A stretch of 45,593 bases of DNA from Parcubacteria group bacterium GW2011_GWA2_47_21 (GCA_001000545.1 LCOC01000001.1:1-45593), one strand, 5' to 3'. Counted from the stretch's first letter, positions 17,401-26,740 are shown. Made by a program: numbers and translations. The notes: generated from the sequence alone by a model not told the origin.

Positions 17401-19212
17401 ATGGAAATTAGAAACATAGCCATTATCGCCCATGTTGACCATGGCAAAACCACCTTGACTGACGCCTTAATGCGGGAAACGGGCATGGTTAAGGACGCAA
17501 GCGTCAGTATGGATTCCAACGCTCTTGAACAGGAGCGCGGCATTACTATTTATTCAAAAAACGCTTCGTTTTTTTGGAAAGGGACAAAGGTGAATATCGT
17601 AGACACGCCCGGCCACGCTGATTTCGGCTCGGAGGTTGAACGGGTGCTCCGCTCTATTGACACGGTGCTTCTCGTGGTGGACGCCCAAGAAGGGCCGATG
17701 CCCCAGACCAGATTTGTGCTCAAGAAGTCCCTTGAACTCGGCTTAAAGCCCATCGTCGTTATAAATAAGATTGATAAGCCGGCAGCCAGGCCGGCGGAAG
17801 CGCATGATGAAGTGCTGGAACTTTTTATGGAGCTTGGCGCAAGCAATGAACAGCTTGATTTCAAGACGCTTTACGCTATCGGCCGGCAGGGCATCGCCAA
17901 AAGGCGCTTGAACGATGAAAATGAAAATCTCGCTCCCCTTCTAGACACCATCTTAAGGGAAGTGCCGCCGGCCAAAACCAAAGACGCGCACGGGGAAAAA
18001 CTTTTAATGCAGCCCTTTAACTTGGGCTATGACAACTTTCTCGGCCGTTTGGCGGTTGGGAGAATCTATCAAGGCGTCGTCCGCCAAGGAGATGGGGTTT
18101 TTGTAAAAAAGACAAACGGCGAAACGGAAGAAGGCAAGATTACAAAAATATTTACCTTTGAGGGTATGGAAAAAAAGAGCGTGCCGGAAGCGTTTGCCGG
18201 CGATATCGCCATGGTTGCCGGTTTGCCGAATGTCTATATAGGCGACAGTATTTGCGAAAATGCCGAACAAACACCTATGCCCGCCATCGCGATTGACGAG
18301 CCGACCATTGCCATAAATCTGTTGGTGAACGACTCCCCTTTCGGCGGACGAGAAGGCAAATTTGTGACCACTCGCCAAATAAGGGAGCGCCTCGAGAAAG
18401 AGCTGGAGGTTAATGTCGGCTTAAAAATCGATTGGAGCGCGCCCGATTTCTTCCGGCTTTACGGGCGAGGTGAGCTTCATATTTCCATTCTCTTGGAAAA
18501 TATGCGGCGCGAGGGTTTTGAATTTCAGGTCTCCGAACCGCAGGCGATTATCAAAGAAGAAAATGGCGAGCGATTAGAGCCGTTTGAGGAGGCGGTCATT
18601 GACGCACCGGCCGCTTCCGCCGGTTCGGTGATAGAAAAGTTAACGCGCCGGCGGGGCATTCTGACGGCAATGAAAGAAGAGAGTTCGCATACCAGGATGA
18701 TTTTTGAAATGCCGACCCGAGGGCTCTTGGGTTATAGAAGTGAATTTATCATTAACACCAAAGGCGAGGGCAGTTTGTCCTCCCGCTTCATCGGTTTCAA
18801 ACCGTTCGCCGGAGACATAAAACGGCACACTTTCGGTTCAATGATTTCAATGGAGAACGGCACGGCCCTCGCCTATTCCCTTTTTAAACTGCAAGAGCGC
18901 GGCATTATATACATAGACCCGGCAACGCCGGTTTATGAAGGAATGATTATCGGCAACACCGCCAAAGGCGAGGACTTGGATGTGAACCCGACGAAAAATA
19001 AACAACTGACGAATTTTCGAAACACCAGCATGGGGGACGCGATTGACCTCACTCCCCCATTCCGGCTCTCTATTGAACGCGGCATGGAAATAATGAAAGA
19101 AGACGAGTACCTGGAAATCACGCCGAAATCGGTCCGGCTTCGCAAGAAATATCTTTCAAAAACCGCCCGCGCCAAAGCGGAGCGCCAAGAGAGAAAAATC
19201 CCTGACGATTAA
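17401..19212 (+). CDS. typA: Translational GTPase TypA/BipA
   Basis: AHVDHGKTT, DTPGHADF, NKID, GRGELH, C-terminal LEITPKSVRLRK. Confidence 0.97.
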   Translation: MEIRNIAIIAHVDHGKTTLTDALMRETGMVKDASVSMDSNALEQERGITIYSKNASFFWKGTKVNIVDTPGHADFGSEVERVLRSIDTVLLVVDAQEGPMPQTRFVLKKSLELGLKPIVVINKIDKPAARPAEAHDEVLELFMELGASNEQLDFKTLYAIGRQGIAKRRLNDENENLAPLLDTILREVPPAKTKDAHGEKLLMQPFNLGYDNFLGRLAVGRIYQGVVRQGDGVFVKKTNGETEEGKITKIFTFEGMEKKSVPEAFAGDIAMVAGLPNVYIGDSICENAEQTPMPAIAIDEPTIAINLLVNDSPFGGREGKFVTTRQIRERLEKELEVNVGLKIDWSAPDFFRLYGRGELHISILLENMRREGFEFQVSEPQAIIKEENGERLEPFEEAVIDAPAASAGSVIEKLTRRRGILTAMKEESSHTRMIFEMPTRGLLGYRSEFIINTKGEGSLSSRFIGFKPFAGDIKRHTFGSMISMENGTALAYSLFKLQERGIIYIDPATPVYEGMIIGNTAKGEDLDVNPTKNKQLTNFRNTSMGDAIDLTPPFRLSIERGMEIMKEDEYLEITPKSVRLRKKYLSKTARAKAERQERKIPDD

Positions 19213-19235
19213 CTTTTCCGTTTTTAGGACATCTT

Positions 19236-19306
19236 TCGGGGTACCCGGTAATGCTCCGGGGCCTCACGCACCCCATGCGTGTATACTGCTTTTATACTAT
19301 ACCCCG
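19236..19306 (-). tRNA. tRNA-Pro(GGG) with atypical D and T loops
   Basis: Minus strand: CGGGGTA TA GTAT AAAAGCA GTAT A CACGC ATGGGGT GCGTG AGGC CCCGG AGCATTA CCGGG TACCCCG A; C1-G72 and A73 fit Pro identity. Confidence 0.85.
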
Positions 19307-19443
19307 AACGCGCGACATTTCGCCCGCCGGCGCATTAAATGTAATACAAATAGAGCGGGTTGCCTAGCCGAAACCGCTCTGCGGAAGAAATTCTGAATGT
19401 CTTCCCGCAACCTCATTGATATTGGGCTAATCGCTTGCCAAAA

Positions 19444-19527
19444 GACCCAAACGCCTATTCTCAAATTCCTTGCCTCGCCCTGCCTGCCGGCAGGCAGGTT
19501 GGGAATTTGAGAATAGGCGTTTGGGTC
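19444..19527. repeat. 26-bp perfect inverted repeat carrying a 20-bp palindrome in its loop (just after the uvrB stop)
   Basis: GACCCAAACGCCTATTCTCAAATTCC and its reverse complement; loop contains CCTGCCTGCCGGCAGGCAGG (19479-19498). Confidence 0.9.
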
Positions 19528-19531
19528 GGAA

Positions 19532-21562
19532 TTATTTGTCTGAGTGAATTAATTTTTCCAATTCCTTAATTTCATCCCGAAGCAACGCCGCCGATTCAAA
19601 GTCCAAAATTCTCACCGCCTTGCTCATTTGCTTCCTTTTCTCGGCGATAAATTTATTGGGGTTGTCTTTAAAGAGCTTACTGTCCAGAATCAAAAGATTC
19701 CTCACGATTTTTTTATGCTCGCTTCCAAACTCTTCGGTAATATCCTTAATGATTTTAGAAATGGTCTTCGGCGTGATGCCGTGGCGTTTGTTGTAAGAAA
19801 GTTGGATTTTGCGCCGGCGGTTTGTCTCTCTTATCGCCTTCTCCATTGAACCGGTGCTCTTATCGGCGTAAAGAAGGACTTTGCCGTTTACATTCCGCGC
19901 CGCCCGGCCAATGATTTGGATTAAAGAAGTCTCGGAGCGGAGAAACCCCTCCTTATCGGCGTCTAAGATGCCGATAAGGGAGACCTCTGGCAAATCCAAA
20001 CCCTCACGAAGCAGATTCACTCCCACCAAAATATCAAAATCGCCGCGGCGGAATTTTGAAAGAATTTGGATGCGCTCCAAGGTTTCTATGTCGCTATGAA
20101 GGTACTCGGCCTTTATTCCCCTTTCTTTCAAGAAGGCCGAAAGGTCCTCGGCCATCTTTTTTGTAAGCGTCGTGGCAATCGCCCGCTCCCCTTTTTTAAT
20201 AACGATTTCCGCCTCGGCGATAAAATCCTGGATTTGGCCTCGGTGTTTTCCGGATGAAATAATCGGCCGGACCTCCAGCTTGGGGTCAATAAGACCGGTG
20301 GGCCGAATGACTTGCTCCACCACTTTCCCGCTCTTTTCCTTCTCGTAGTCCCCCGGCGTCGCCGAAGTGAAAATCACCTGCCCCACCCTCTCCCCAAATT
20401 CCAGGAATTTAAGCGGACGGTTGTCGGCCGCCGAAGGCAGGCGAAAGCCGTGCTCTATAAGCGTTTGTTTCCGCGAAGCATCGCCTTGTTCCATACCGCC
20501 GATTTGCGGCACAGTGACATGGGACTCGTCTATAATCGTCAGAAAATCCGGTTCTCCATTTTCGGTTTTTGGGAAATACGAAAGCAGAGTGTCAGGCGGC
20601 TCGCCCGGAAGTTTCCCTGAAAAATGCCGCGAGTAATTCTCTATGCCGTTGCAATAACCGACCTCGCGGATAAGCGCCAAATCATAATTGGTCCGGCGCT
20701 TGAGCCGCTCCGCCTCCAGGGTTTTTCCTTCTTTCTGAAGGGCCTTAAGCCGCTCGGCCAGTTCTGATTTGATGGTTGTGGTCGCCCGCTTCACGGTCTC
20801 TTTATCCGTAACGAAATGCTTGGCCGGAAATATGAAAATCGTCTCCGTATTATTTTCTATGACGTCTCTGGTAATCGGGTTGATTTTGGAAATTTTTTCT
20901 ATCCGAGCGCCGGCAAATTCTATCCGCTGAATTATTTCTTCCCCGGTCGGCATAATTTCAACGCTTTGTCCAAGCGCTCTGAAATGTCCGCTTTTCAAAT
21001 CCGCGTTAGTGCGGGTGAAATAAATGCCGATTAACGCGCGTATTAAATCGCTCCGGGAAATTTTCATACCTCTATCAAAGCGCTTGTTTACCTTTTCATA
21101 CTCCTCGGGACTGCCTAGGCCGTAAATGCAAGACACTGAAGCGACAATGATGACATCGCGGCGGCTTAAAAGCGCCTGTGTGGAAGCGTGCCGAAGCCGG
21201 TCAATTTCTTCGTTTATTTGAGCTTCTTTTTCTATGTAGGTGTCGGTAACGGGCAAATAGGCCTCCGGCTGATAGTAGTCGTAGTAAGAAACGAAATAGT
21301 GGACGGCGTTGTGCGGAAAAAATTCCCGGTATTCTTGGGCCAATTGGGCGGCCAGCGTTTTATTGTGGGCGATAACAAGCGTCGGTTTCTGAATGGCTTC
21401 TATGACATTGGCCATGGTAAATGTTTTGCCGCTCCCCGTCACTCCAAGAAGCGTCTGATATCTCTCCCCCGCTTTAAGACCCTCCACTAAACCCTTGACG
21501 GCCTTGGGTTGGTCGCCAGCCGGAGAGAAGGGGCTCTTAAGTTTGAAAGTATCCTTTCGCAT
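19532..21562 (-). CDS. uvrB: Excinuclease ABC subunit B
   Basis: GDQP, GVTGSGKT, YFVSYYDYYQPEAY beta-hairpin, IDESH, QIIGRAAR, C-terminal UVR motif. Confidence 0.98.
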   Translation of the reverse strand: MRKDTFKLKSPFSPAGDQPKAVKGLVEGLKAGERYQTLLGVTGSGKTFTMANVIEAIQKPTLVIAHNKTLAAQLAQEYREFFPHNAVHYFVSYYDYYQPEAYLPVTDTYIEKEAQINEEIDRLRHASTQALLSRRDVIIVASVSCIYGLGSPEEYEKVNKRFDRGMKISRSDLIRALIGIYFTRTNADLKSGHFRALGQSVEIMPTGEEIIQRIEFAGARIEKISKINPITRDVIENNTETIFIFPAKHFVTDKETVKRATTTIKSELAERLKALQKEGKTLEAERLKRRTNYDLALIREVGYCNGIENYSRHFSGKLPGEPPDTLLSYFPKTENGEPDFLTIIDESHVTVPQIGGMEQGDASRKQTLIEHGFRLPSAADNRPLKFLEFGERVGQVIFTSATPGDYEKEKSGKVVEQVIRPTGLIDPKLEVRPIISSGKHRGQIQDFIAEAEIVIKKGERAIATTLTKKMAEDLSAFLKERGIKAEYLHSDIETLERIQILSKFRRGDFDILVGVNLLREGLDLPEVSLIGILDADKEGFLRSETSLIQIIGRAARNVNGKVLLYADKSTGSMEKAIRETNRRRKIQLSYNKRHGITPKTISKIIKDITEEFGSEHKKIVRNLLILDSKLFKDNPNKFIAEKRKQMSKAVRILDFESAALLRDEIKELEKLIHSDK

Positions 21563-21686
21563 AATGATGGCCCGCTTTCACGCGGTATGTGTTTAAAATC
21601 CTCAATACAATAGCAATTTTTTGAAATTTATCAAAAAAGTGCTATAGTTTTTTACCTGATTTCTACTTATTTTTTAGAAATCGGAC

Positions 21687-21777
21687 CTGCCAGTCGTCGG
21701 GCGGGAATTAAGATATAGATACCACCGCCTTTACAGGCGGGGAGCCCCCGCTAAATTAGAAATTTCCCGCTGTGGCA
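21687..21777 (+). ncRNA. Candidate structured RNA/leader upstream of tRNA-Glu
   Basis: TGCCA/TGGCA and GCGGGAA/TTCCCGC closing helices around competing inner hairpins; -10-like TGcTATAGT upstream. Confidence 0.3.
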
Positions 21778-21783
21778 AAGTGC

Positions 21784-21858
21784 GGCCTCATCGTCTAGTC
21801 CGGCCTAGGACGCCAGGTTCTCATCCTGGAAACTGGGGTTCGAATCCCCATGAGGTCA
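21784..21858 (+). tRNA. tRNA-Glu(CUC)
   Basis: GGCCTCA/TGAGGTC acceptor stem, CCAGG-TTCTCAT-CCTGG anticodon arm, GGGG-TTCGAAT-CCCC T arm; CCA not encoded. Confidence 0.95.
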
Positions 21859-21907
21859 AAAAAAATAACAAGGGCAATGCGGAGCATTGGCCGCCTATAT
21901 TTTTAAT

Positions 21908-22032
21908 ACCTCATGGGGATTCGAAAGACGGAGCGGGCACCCGTTCAGCAGAACGGGTCGCGAGTCGGGGTAGCGACTTTTTCCGAGCGACGGCGAGGAA
22001 AAAAGTTGTGACCGAATCCCCATGAGGTCAAA
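21908..22032. repeat. Element bounded by an inverted (21908-21925) and a direct (22013-22032) copy of the tRNA-Glu 3' end
   Basis: ACCTCATGGGGATTCGAA is the reverse complement of 21839-21856; CGAATCCCCATGAGGTCAAA is identical to 21841-21860. Confidence 0.9.
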
Positions 22033-22240
22033 TTTTTAAAATTGGTGAGGAGTGGCGCTTGCTGAAAATGAAGATATAGAGAATATCAAGAATGGCAACG
22101 GTTTGAATCAAAAGAAGCGCCACAAACCACCACTTGTCATTGAGTTTTGCCGCTTTCCAAAGCGCCCACCCTTTCCAGGGAATAGTCCAGACCATAAGGA
22201 CCATAAGCAACCAAAAATTTTGTTCTAATAATTCTTCCAT
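22028..22240 (-). CDS. Small membrane protein (DUF5652-like)
   Basis: WTIPWKGWALWKAA...WFVALL...ILDILYIF pattern; ATG at 22240 preferred. Confidence 0.8.
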   Translation of the reverse strand: MEELLEQNFWLLMVLMVWTIPWKGWALWKAAKLNDKWWFVALLLIQTVAILDILYIFIFSKRHSSPILKI

Positions 22241-22272
22241 ATTCAATATTAGTGAAATAATTATATTAAGCG

Positions 22273-23574
22273 CTATCTGTTTTTCCACTCATTGTCTTGC
22301 CGCGCCAGAAGTTCTTTGGCGCGGGCCGGTTCGGCCATAATTTCTTCCACTACCTTTTCAAGCCGAATACCCTGCGAGCCCTTAACCAAAATGGCGTCCT
22401 TTTCCTTAATAAGATTATCCATTTCCCTATTCGCGTCGGCGGCGGTTTCGTATTGAAAAATATTTTTCTCGTCCATGCCGGCCGAGAGCGCGCCCAAAGC
22501 GATGTCTCTGGCCCTGACTCCAACCGTAATAAGCAGTTGGCAAACTTGGGCCGCCAACGCGCCGGCTTTTTTATGCTCTTCGGTGGAATATTTTCCAAGT
22601 TCCAGCATATCGCCCAAAATTGCCGCTTTTTTGCCTCCCGTTTCAATATCTTTAAGAGTTTGCAGCGCTTCCTCAACCGCCACCGGCGAGGAGTTATAGG
22701 TATCGTCAATGATGACGCTTCCTTTAATGCCGGAAATCAATTTCATCCTGCCGTTTGGTCCGTGATGTCGCCTAAGCGCTAGAGCGGCGTCAACTAAATT
22801 CACATTCTGTAATTTGGCGGCGGCCAAAGCGAAAAGCAAGGGGTAGACATGTTGGCGGCCGAGCGAACCGTCAAAATCAACGGGCAAGGAATTACTCTCA
22901 TGGTCAACTTTAAAAGTGATGCCTTGGGGTATTTTTTGCCCGTCCCGTTTGGCGTAATTAATCTTATAATGAGAAGCGCGGAGAGAGGCCCCCTTGATAA
23001 AACCGACGCCAAACGCCTCACCGCGGTAGGACTCTTTGAGCGTCAAGACATCTTCATCGTCGGCGTTAAGAATTAAAATCCCGCCATCTTTCAGCGTATT
23101 GAGAATCTTGCTTTTTTCCGCCACGACCGCTTCGGGCGAGGCGAAAAATTCCACGTGGACCGGCACTTTGGCCAGTCGGGTGATTACTGCCATATCGGAA
23201 ACCAGCCATTTTGAAATTTTTTCAATGTCTCCCGGCCGGTCGGCGCCGATTTCCAAAACCAGCCATTTAGGATAATTCGTCCGAAAGGCAATTAAAAACA
23301 GACCTTTGAGGAGATTGGCAAACCAGACGAAAGGATTATGCCAGCCGTTTGGCGCGCCGATTATGGTGAGCGGCAAACCAATTTCGCTGTTGAAACTTTT
23401 TTCGCTCTTACGGACAAAAAAGAACTGGGAAAACACCGAGTAAATCGCGTCTTTGGCCGAGGTCTTTCCAACGCTTCCCGTAACGGCAATCACCCTCGGC
23501 CGATATTTGCGCAAAATAAGCTTGGCCTCTAAAGTGATTGCCCATATGACAATTGATTTAAGCATTTTCGGCAT
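22273..23574 (-). CDS. murF: UDP-MurNAc-tripeptide:D-Ala-D-Ala ligase
   Basis: VTGSVGKTS, NSEIGLP, DDTYNSSP, GDMLELG, VKGSQG. Confidence 0.92.
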   Translation of the reverse strand: MPKMLKSIVIWAITLEAKLILRKYRPRVIAVTGSVGKTSAKDAIYSVFSQFFFVRKSEKSFNSEIGLPLTIIGAPNGWHNPFVWFANLLKGLFLIAFRTNYPKWLVLEIGADRPGDIEKISKWLVSDMAVITRLAKVPVHVEFFASPEAVVAEKSKILNTLKDGGILILNADDEDVLTLKESYRGEAFGVGFIKGASLRASHYKINYAKRDGQKIPQGITFKVDHESNSLPVDFDGSLGRQHVYPLLFALAAAKLQNVNLVDAALALRRHHGPNGRMKLISGIKGSVIIDDTYNSSPVAVEEALQTLKDIETGGKKAAILGDMLELGKYSTEEHKKAGALAAQVCQLLITVGVRARDIALGALSAGMDEKNIFQYETAADANREMDNLIKEKDAILVKGSQGIRLEKVVEEIMAEPARAKELLARQDNEWKNR

Positions 23575-23768
23575 AATTTAAGATATGACGCTTAACCACG
23601 CAATCAATTTAAAATAAAAAAACAAGATGGATGCTCATTTCCCCAATTTTGAATTTTTAATTACCATTTTTAATTTTGGTATTTTAACTTTTAATTTTTT
23701 GTTTAGATTCACTCGTTTTTTATCAAAAATTTTGGTATTTTAATCTCATTATAACAGGAAAAACCGGC

Positions 23769-25472
23769 TTATCTGTCTGGCGGGATATTGTAATAATTGA
23801 GCAGAAATTTGGTTAAGTCAAAAAACGGCCGAGTCAGGGTTTCCGAGGCGAACATGGCGCCACGGGGATTGACGGTGTAAAGAAAAATCAAAAACTTCGG
23901 CTGATAAGCGGGAAAATAACCGAAGAAAGAATGGAGGTATTCATCTTCAAAATAGCCGCCGCCTTCCGGGTTTGCCATTTGCGCCGTGCCCGTCTTGGCG
24001 GCGATGCTGAAGCGTTCCATCTTAAATTTACCGTGCGCCAAAGCGCTGTCAACTACTTCCACAAGCATCCGCGTTATTTCTTCAGAGGTCTCTCGCTTGA
24101 TGACTTGCGCCACATTCTCATAGCTCTTCTTGCGCGAAATACCGACATCATAATCAATGGCCGAGACCAGATGCGGATTGACCAAGTAGCCGCCGTTTCC
24201 CAAAACCGCCATCGCGCGGGCCGTCTCAATCGGCGTAAAAGCGATGCCCTGCCCGTAAGACGCCGTGGCCAGCTCTATATCGCGCGGGCTGTCCAAATTC
24301 TCCATAAGGCCGTGGGTTTCGTTTGGCAAATCAATGCCGGTCTCTTCGCCTAGGCCGAACCGTTTGAAGTAATCGGCAAAGCGTTCCTTGCCCATTTTTA
24401 AAGCGACGAAAGCCGCGCCGGTATTCAATGATTGGTTCAAAACCTCCTGCATAGAAACCACTCCCCTGCCCCGGCCGTCAAAATTTGATATCCGCCTGCC
24501 GTTTAACTCTAAAAATCCCCTGTCGTCGTAAGTGGAACTTAGTTTAATAACCCCCGCATCAAGTCCGGCCGCCAATGTCAAGGGCTTAACGATTGAACCC
24601 ATTTCATAAACATTTTCCACTAACGGATTCCCGAAAATCCGGGGGTCGGAAACACTCTGGAAATTATTCAAATCAAAAGTCGGATTGACCGCCATGGCAA
24701 TGACGGCGCCATCTTTGGGGTCCATTATTATTCCGCCAGCGAGCTCCGAGTTCCAAACGGCATTAAAGTCCTTGAGCGTTTTTTCCAATTCGCCGGAGAC
24801 CGTCGGTTCAAGCGTCAAGACCAAATTACCTTCTAAAGATTCGTTTTTGGAAACGACTTTATTTAGGCCTTTAAAAATATCGGCAAAAAAATTGGCGTAG
24901 CTTTTATTACCCTCTCTAAACAAAATATCTTCGTAATACTGCTCCAAGCCGTAGCGGCCGCCGAGCGAGTCGCCTTTATAAGCGACAAAACCGATGGCGG
25001 TGGCGGCCAAAGAACCGGCCGGATAAAATCGGTGACGCTCCGTGGAAACCTCAATGCCTGGAATAGCCGCTTGCTTGATTCTTGCCGCTGCCTCTTCCGT
25101 CAGGCCGTGAGCAAACTCCTCGTAAGAGTCGCCGATTTTCCCCGCCTTCATCATAAAGTCGCTTCGGTCAATTTCCACCATCGGCGCCAGCGCCTGATAA
25201 ATGTCGTCCGGATTTTTTGTCAGAGAAGGATTGAAATAAATAAAATAGGAGGTTTTCAGAGTTGCCGCCGCCACCAATTCTTCATTATTGGTCTTAAAAA
25301 AGATGGAACCGCGGTCAAATAGATATTCCGCGGGATAACGGTGGTCGGCTCTCTCTCTGTAGGCGCTGCCTTGAACAATCTGTAAAAAATACAGACGGCT
25401 GACTAAAATTCCGCCAAGGAGAATAAAAACGAAAGCGACAATTCTTAATTTCAAGGCCGTGTTGATAGTCAT
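23769..25472 (-). CDS. ftsI: Class B penicillin-binding protein (FtsI-like transpeptidase)
   Basis: N-terminal TM, dimerization domain, GSIVK (SxxK), SLN, KTGTAQ; dcw position. Confidence 0.9.
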   Translation of the reverse strand: MTINTALKLRIVAFVFILLGGILVSRLYFLQIVQGSAYRERADHRYPAEYLFDRGSIFFKTNNEELVAAATLKTSYFIYFNPSLTKNPDDIYQALAPMVEIDRSDFMMKAGKIGDSYEEFAHGLTEEAAARIKQAAIPGIEVSTERHRFYPAGSLAATAIGFVAYKGDSLGGRYGLEQYYEDILFREGNKSYANFFADIFKGLNKVVSKNESLEGNLVLTLEPTVSGELEKTLKDFNAVWNSELAGGIIMDPKDGAVIAMAVNPTFDLNNFQSVSDPRIFGNPLVENVYEMGSIVKPLTLAAGLDAGVIKLSSTYDDRGFLELNGRRISNFDGRGRGVVSMQEVLNQSLNTGAAFVALKMGKERFADYFKRFGLGEETGIDLPNETHGLMENLDSPRDIELATASYGQGIAFTPIETARAMAVLGNGGYLVNPHLVSAIDYDVGISRKKSYENVAQVIKRETSEEITRMLVEVVDSALAHGKFKMERFSIAAKTGTAQMANPEGGGYFEDEYLHSFFGYFPAYQPKFLIFLYTVNPRGAMFASETLTRPFFDLTKFLLNYYNIPPDR

Positions 25473-25484
25473 CGTCCTAGCCGT

Positions 25485-25805
25485 TTAAATTCCCGCGCCG
25501 AGAGAGAGACCCTCGCTCAAGGCCTTCCGAGAGATGAATTCGGGGTTCTCTGACTCTTGAAAGCCAAGCTGTTTTGCCAATTCCGCCGTAATGGACGATT
25601 TCTTCTCTATGTAAGCCGTTTCAAGCGCCGTCAGCTCTCTGGAAAAAGCGGCGATTTCTTTGTCGGCTTCCGCGGTTTTAACCGCGGCGGACACGGCTTG
25701 GCTGATAAAGTAAACATAAAACAGAAGCGAGGCAACCGAAAGAAAACCAGCCGCATAAAAACTGATTCGCCTAAGGGGGTATGTTATTGAAACCACTTTA
25801 TACAT
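25485..25805 (-). CDS. FtsL-like bitopic coiled-coil protein
   Basis: One TM followed by a coiled coil and AKQLGF; located between rsmH and ftsI. Confidence 0.7.
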   Translation of the reverse strand: MYKVVSITYPLRRISFYAAGFLSVASLLFYVYFISQAVSAAVKTAEADKEIAAFSRELTALETAYIEKKSSITAELAKQLGFQESENPEFISRKALSEGLSLGAGI

Positions 25806-25852
25806 ATAAATAAAATATTAAAAATTGCTGATAAGCGCTGCGCTGCGTTAAT

Positions 25853-26740
25853 TTACGATTTTTCAATCACTCTGAGTTTGGCGCTCCGCGCTCTGGGGTT
25901 TGCTTTCACCTCGTCCGGGGAAGGCGCGATTGGTTTTTTTACGATTGGCGTTCCCCTGCCCTCTCTCGCCAAATCGCGAAAAAAATTCTTGACGATTCTG
26001 TCTTCCAAACTGTGAAAAGAGATAACGGCAATCCGTCCGCCTTGAGGGATGGTTTCAAACGCCTTGCGAAGACCTTGGGAGAGGGCGTTAAGCTCGTCAT
26101 TCACCTTGATGCGGAGCGCTTGAAAGACCTTGGTCGCGGGGTGGATTCTGGTTTTACTCCGAGGAACGCTGGCCGAAACTATCGCCGCCAATTCGCCGGA
26201 GGTCTCTATCGGCTTCTTCTTTCTGGCGAGAACGATAGCCGCGGCGATTCTCCTGCCGAATCTTTCCTCTCCGTAACGCCAGAATATTTCCCGAAGTTCT
26301 TCTTCGCTTGATTGGTTGACCACATCGCGAGCCGTCAGAGTCAATCCGGCCATCGGATGAGCGTCAAAGGTCATAAGCAGCGGTTCGTTTTTCCGAAAAC
26401 TGAAGCCGCGGCCTGACTCTTCCAATTGGTTTGAAGAAAGGCCTAAATCAAAAATTATTTTCGTCGGCGAAATGCCAAGTTCGCTTAACGCTTCATCCAA
26501 ATCCCGAAAATTCTTTTTAACCGGCAGAAAAAGGCAATTCTGGCTTTTAAGCCGCTCTTGAGCCCGCTCTAAAGCGTCGGCGTCGGCGTCCAATCCAATG
26601 ATGGTTCCCCTGCCGCCAAGCCGCCGGCAAATAAGCTCGCTCGCGCCGCCGCCGCCAACCGTCGCGTCCAAGACCACATCGCCTTCCCGAAGGGCAAGCG
26701 AATCAACGGTCTCCGAAAGTAAGACGCTTTGGTGAATCAT
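25853..26740 (-). CDS. rsmH: 16S rRNA m4C1402 methyltransferase
   Basis: HQSVLL, DLGLSS, RGFSF, HPATKVFQALRI, ISFHSLEDR, NPRARSAKLR. Confidence 0.97.
   Translation of the reverse strand: MIHQSVLLSETVDSLALREGDVVLDATVGGGGASELICRRLGGRGTIIGLDADADALERAQERLKSQNCLFLPVKKNFRDLDEALSELGISPTKIIFDLGLSSNQLEESGRGFSFRKNEPLLMTFDAHPMAGLTLTARDVVNQSSEEELREIFWRYGEERFGRRIAAAIVLARKKKPIETSGELAAIVSASVPRSKTRIHPATKVFQALRIKVNDELNALSQGLRKAFETIPQGGRIAVISFHSLEDRIVKNFFRDLAREGRGTPIVKKPIAPSPDEVKANPRARSAKLRVIEKS

Noticed and set aside
21780-22025. 81-aa ORF in the ORF track
   Set aside because: It overlaps tRNA-Glu and its repeats, so it is spurious.
21841-22032. attL/attR of a prophage or genomic island at tRNA-Glu
   Set aside because: Only 152 bp lie between the direct repeats and there is no integrase or cargo; reported instead as an unexplained tRNA-linked element.
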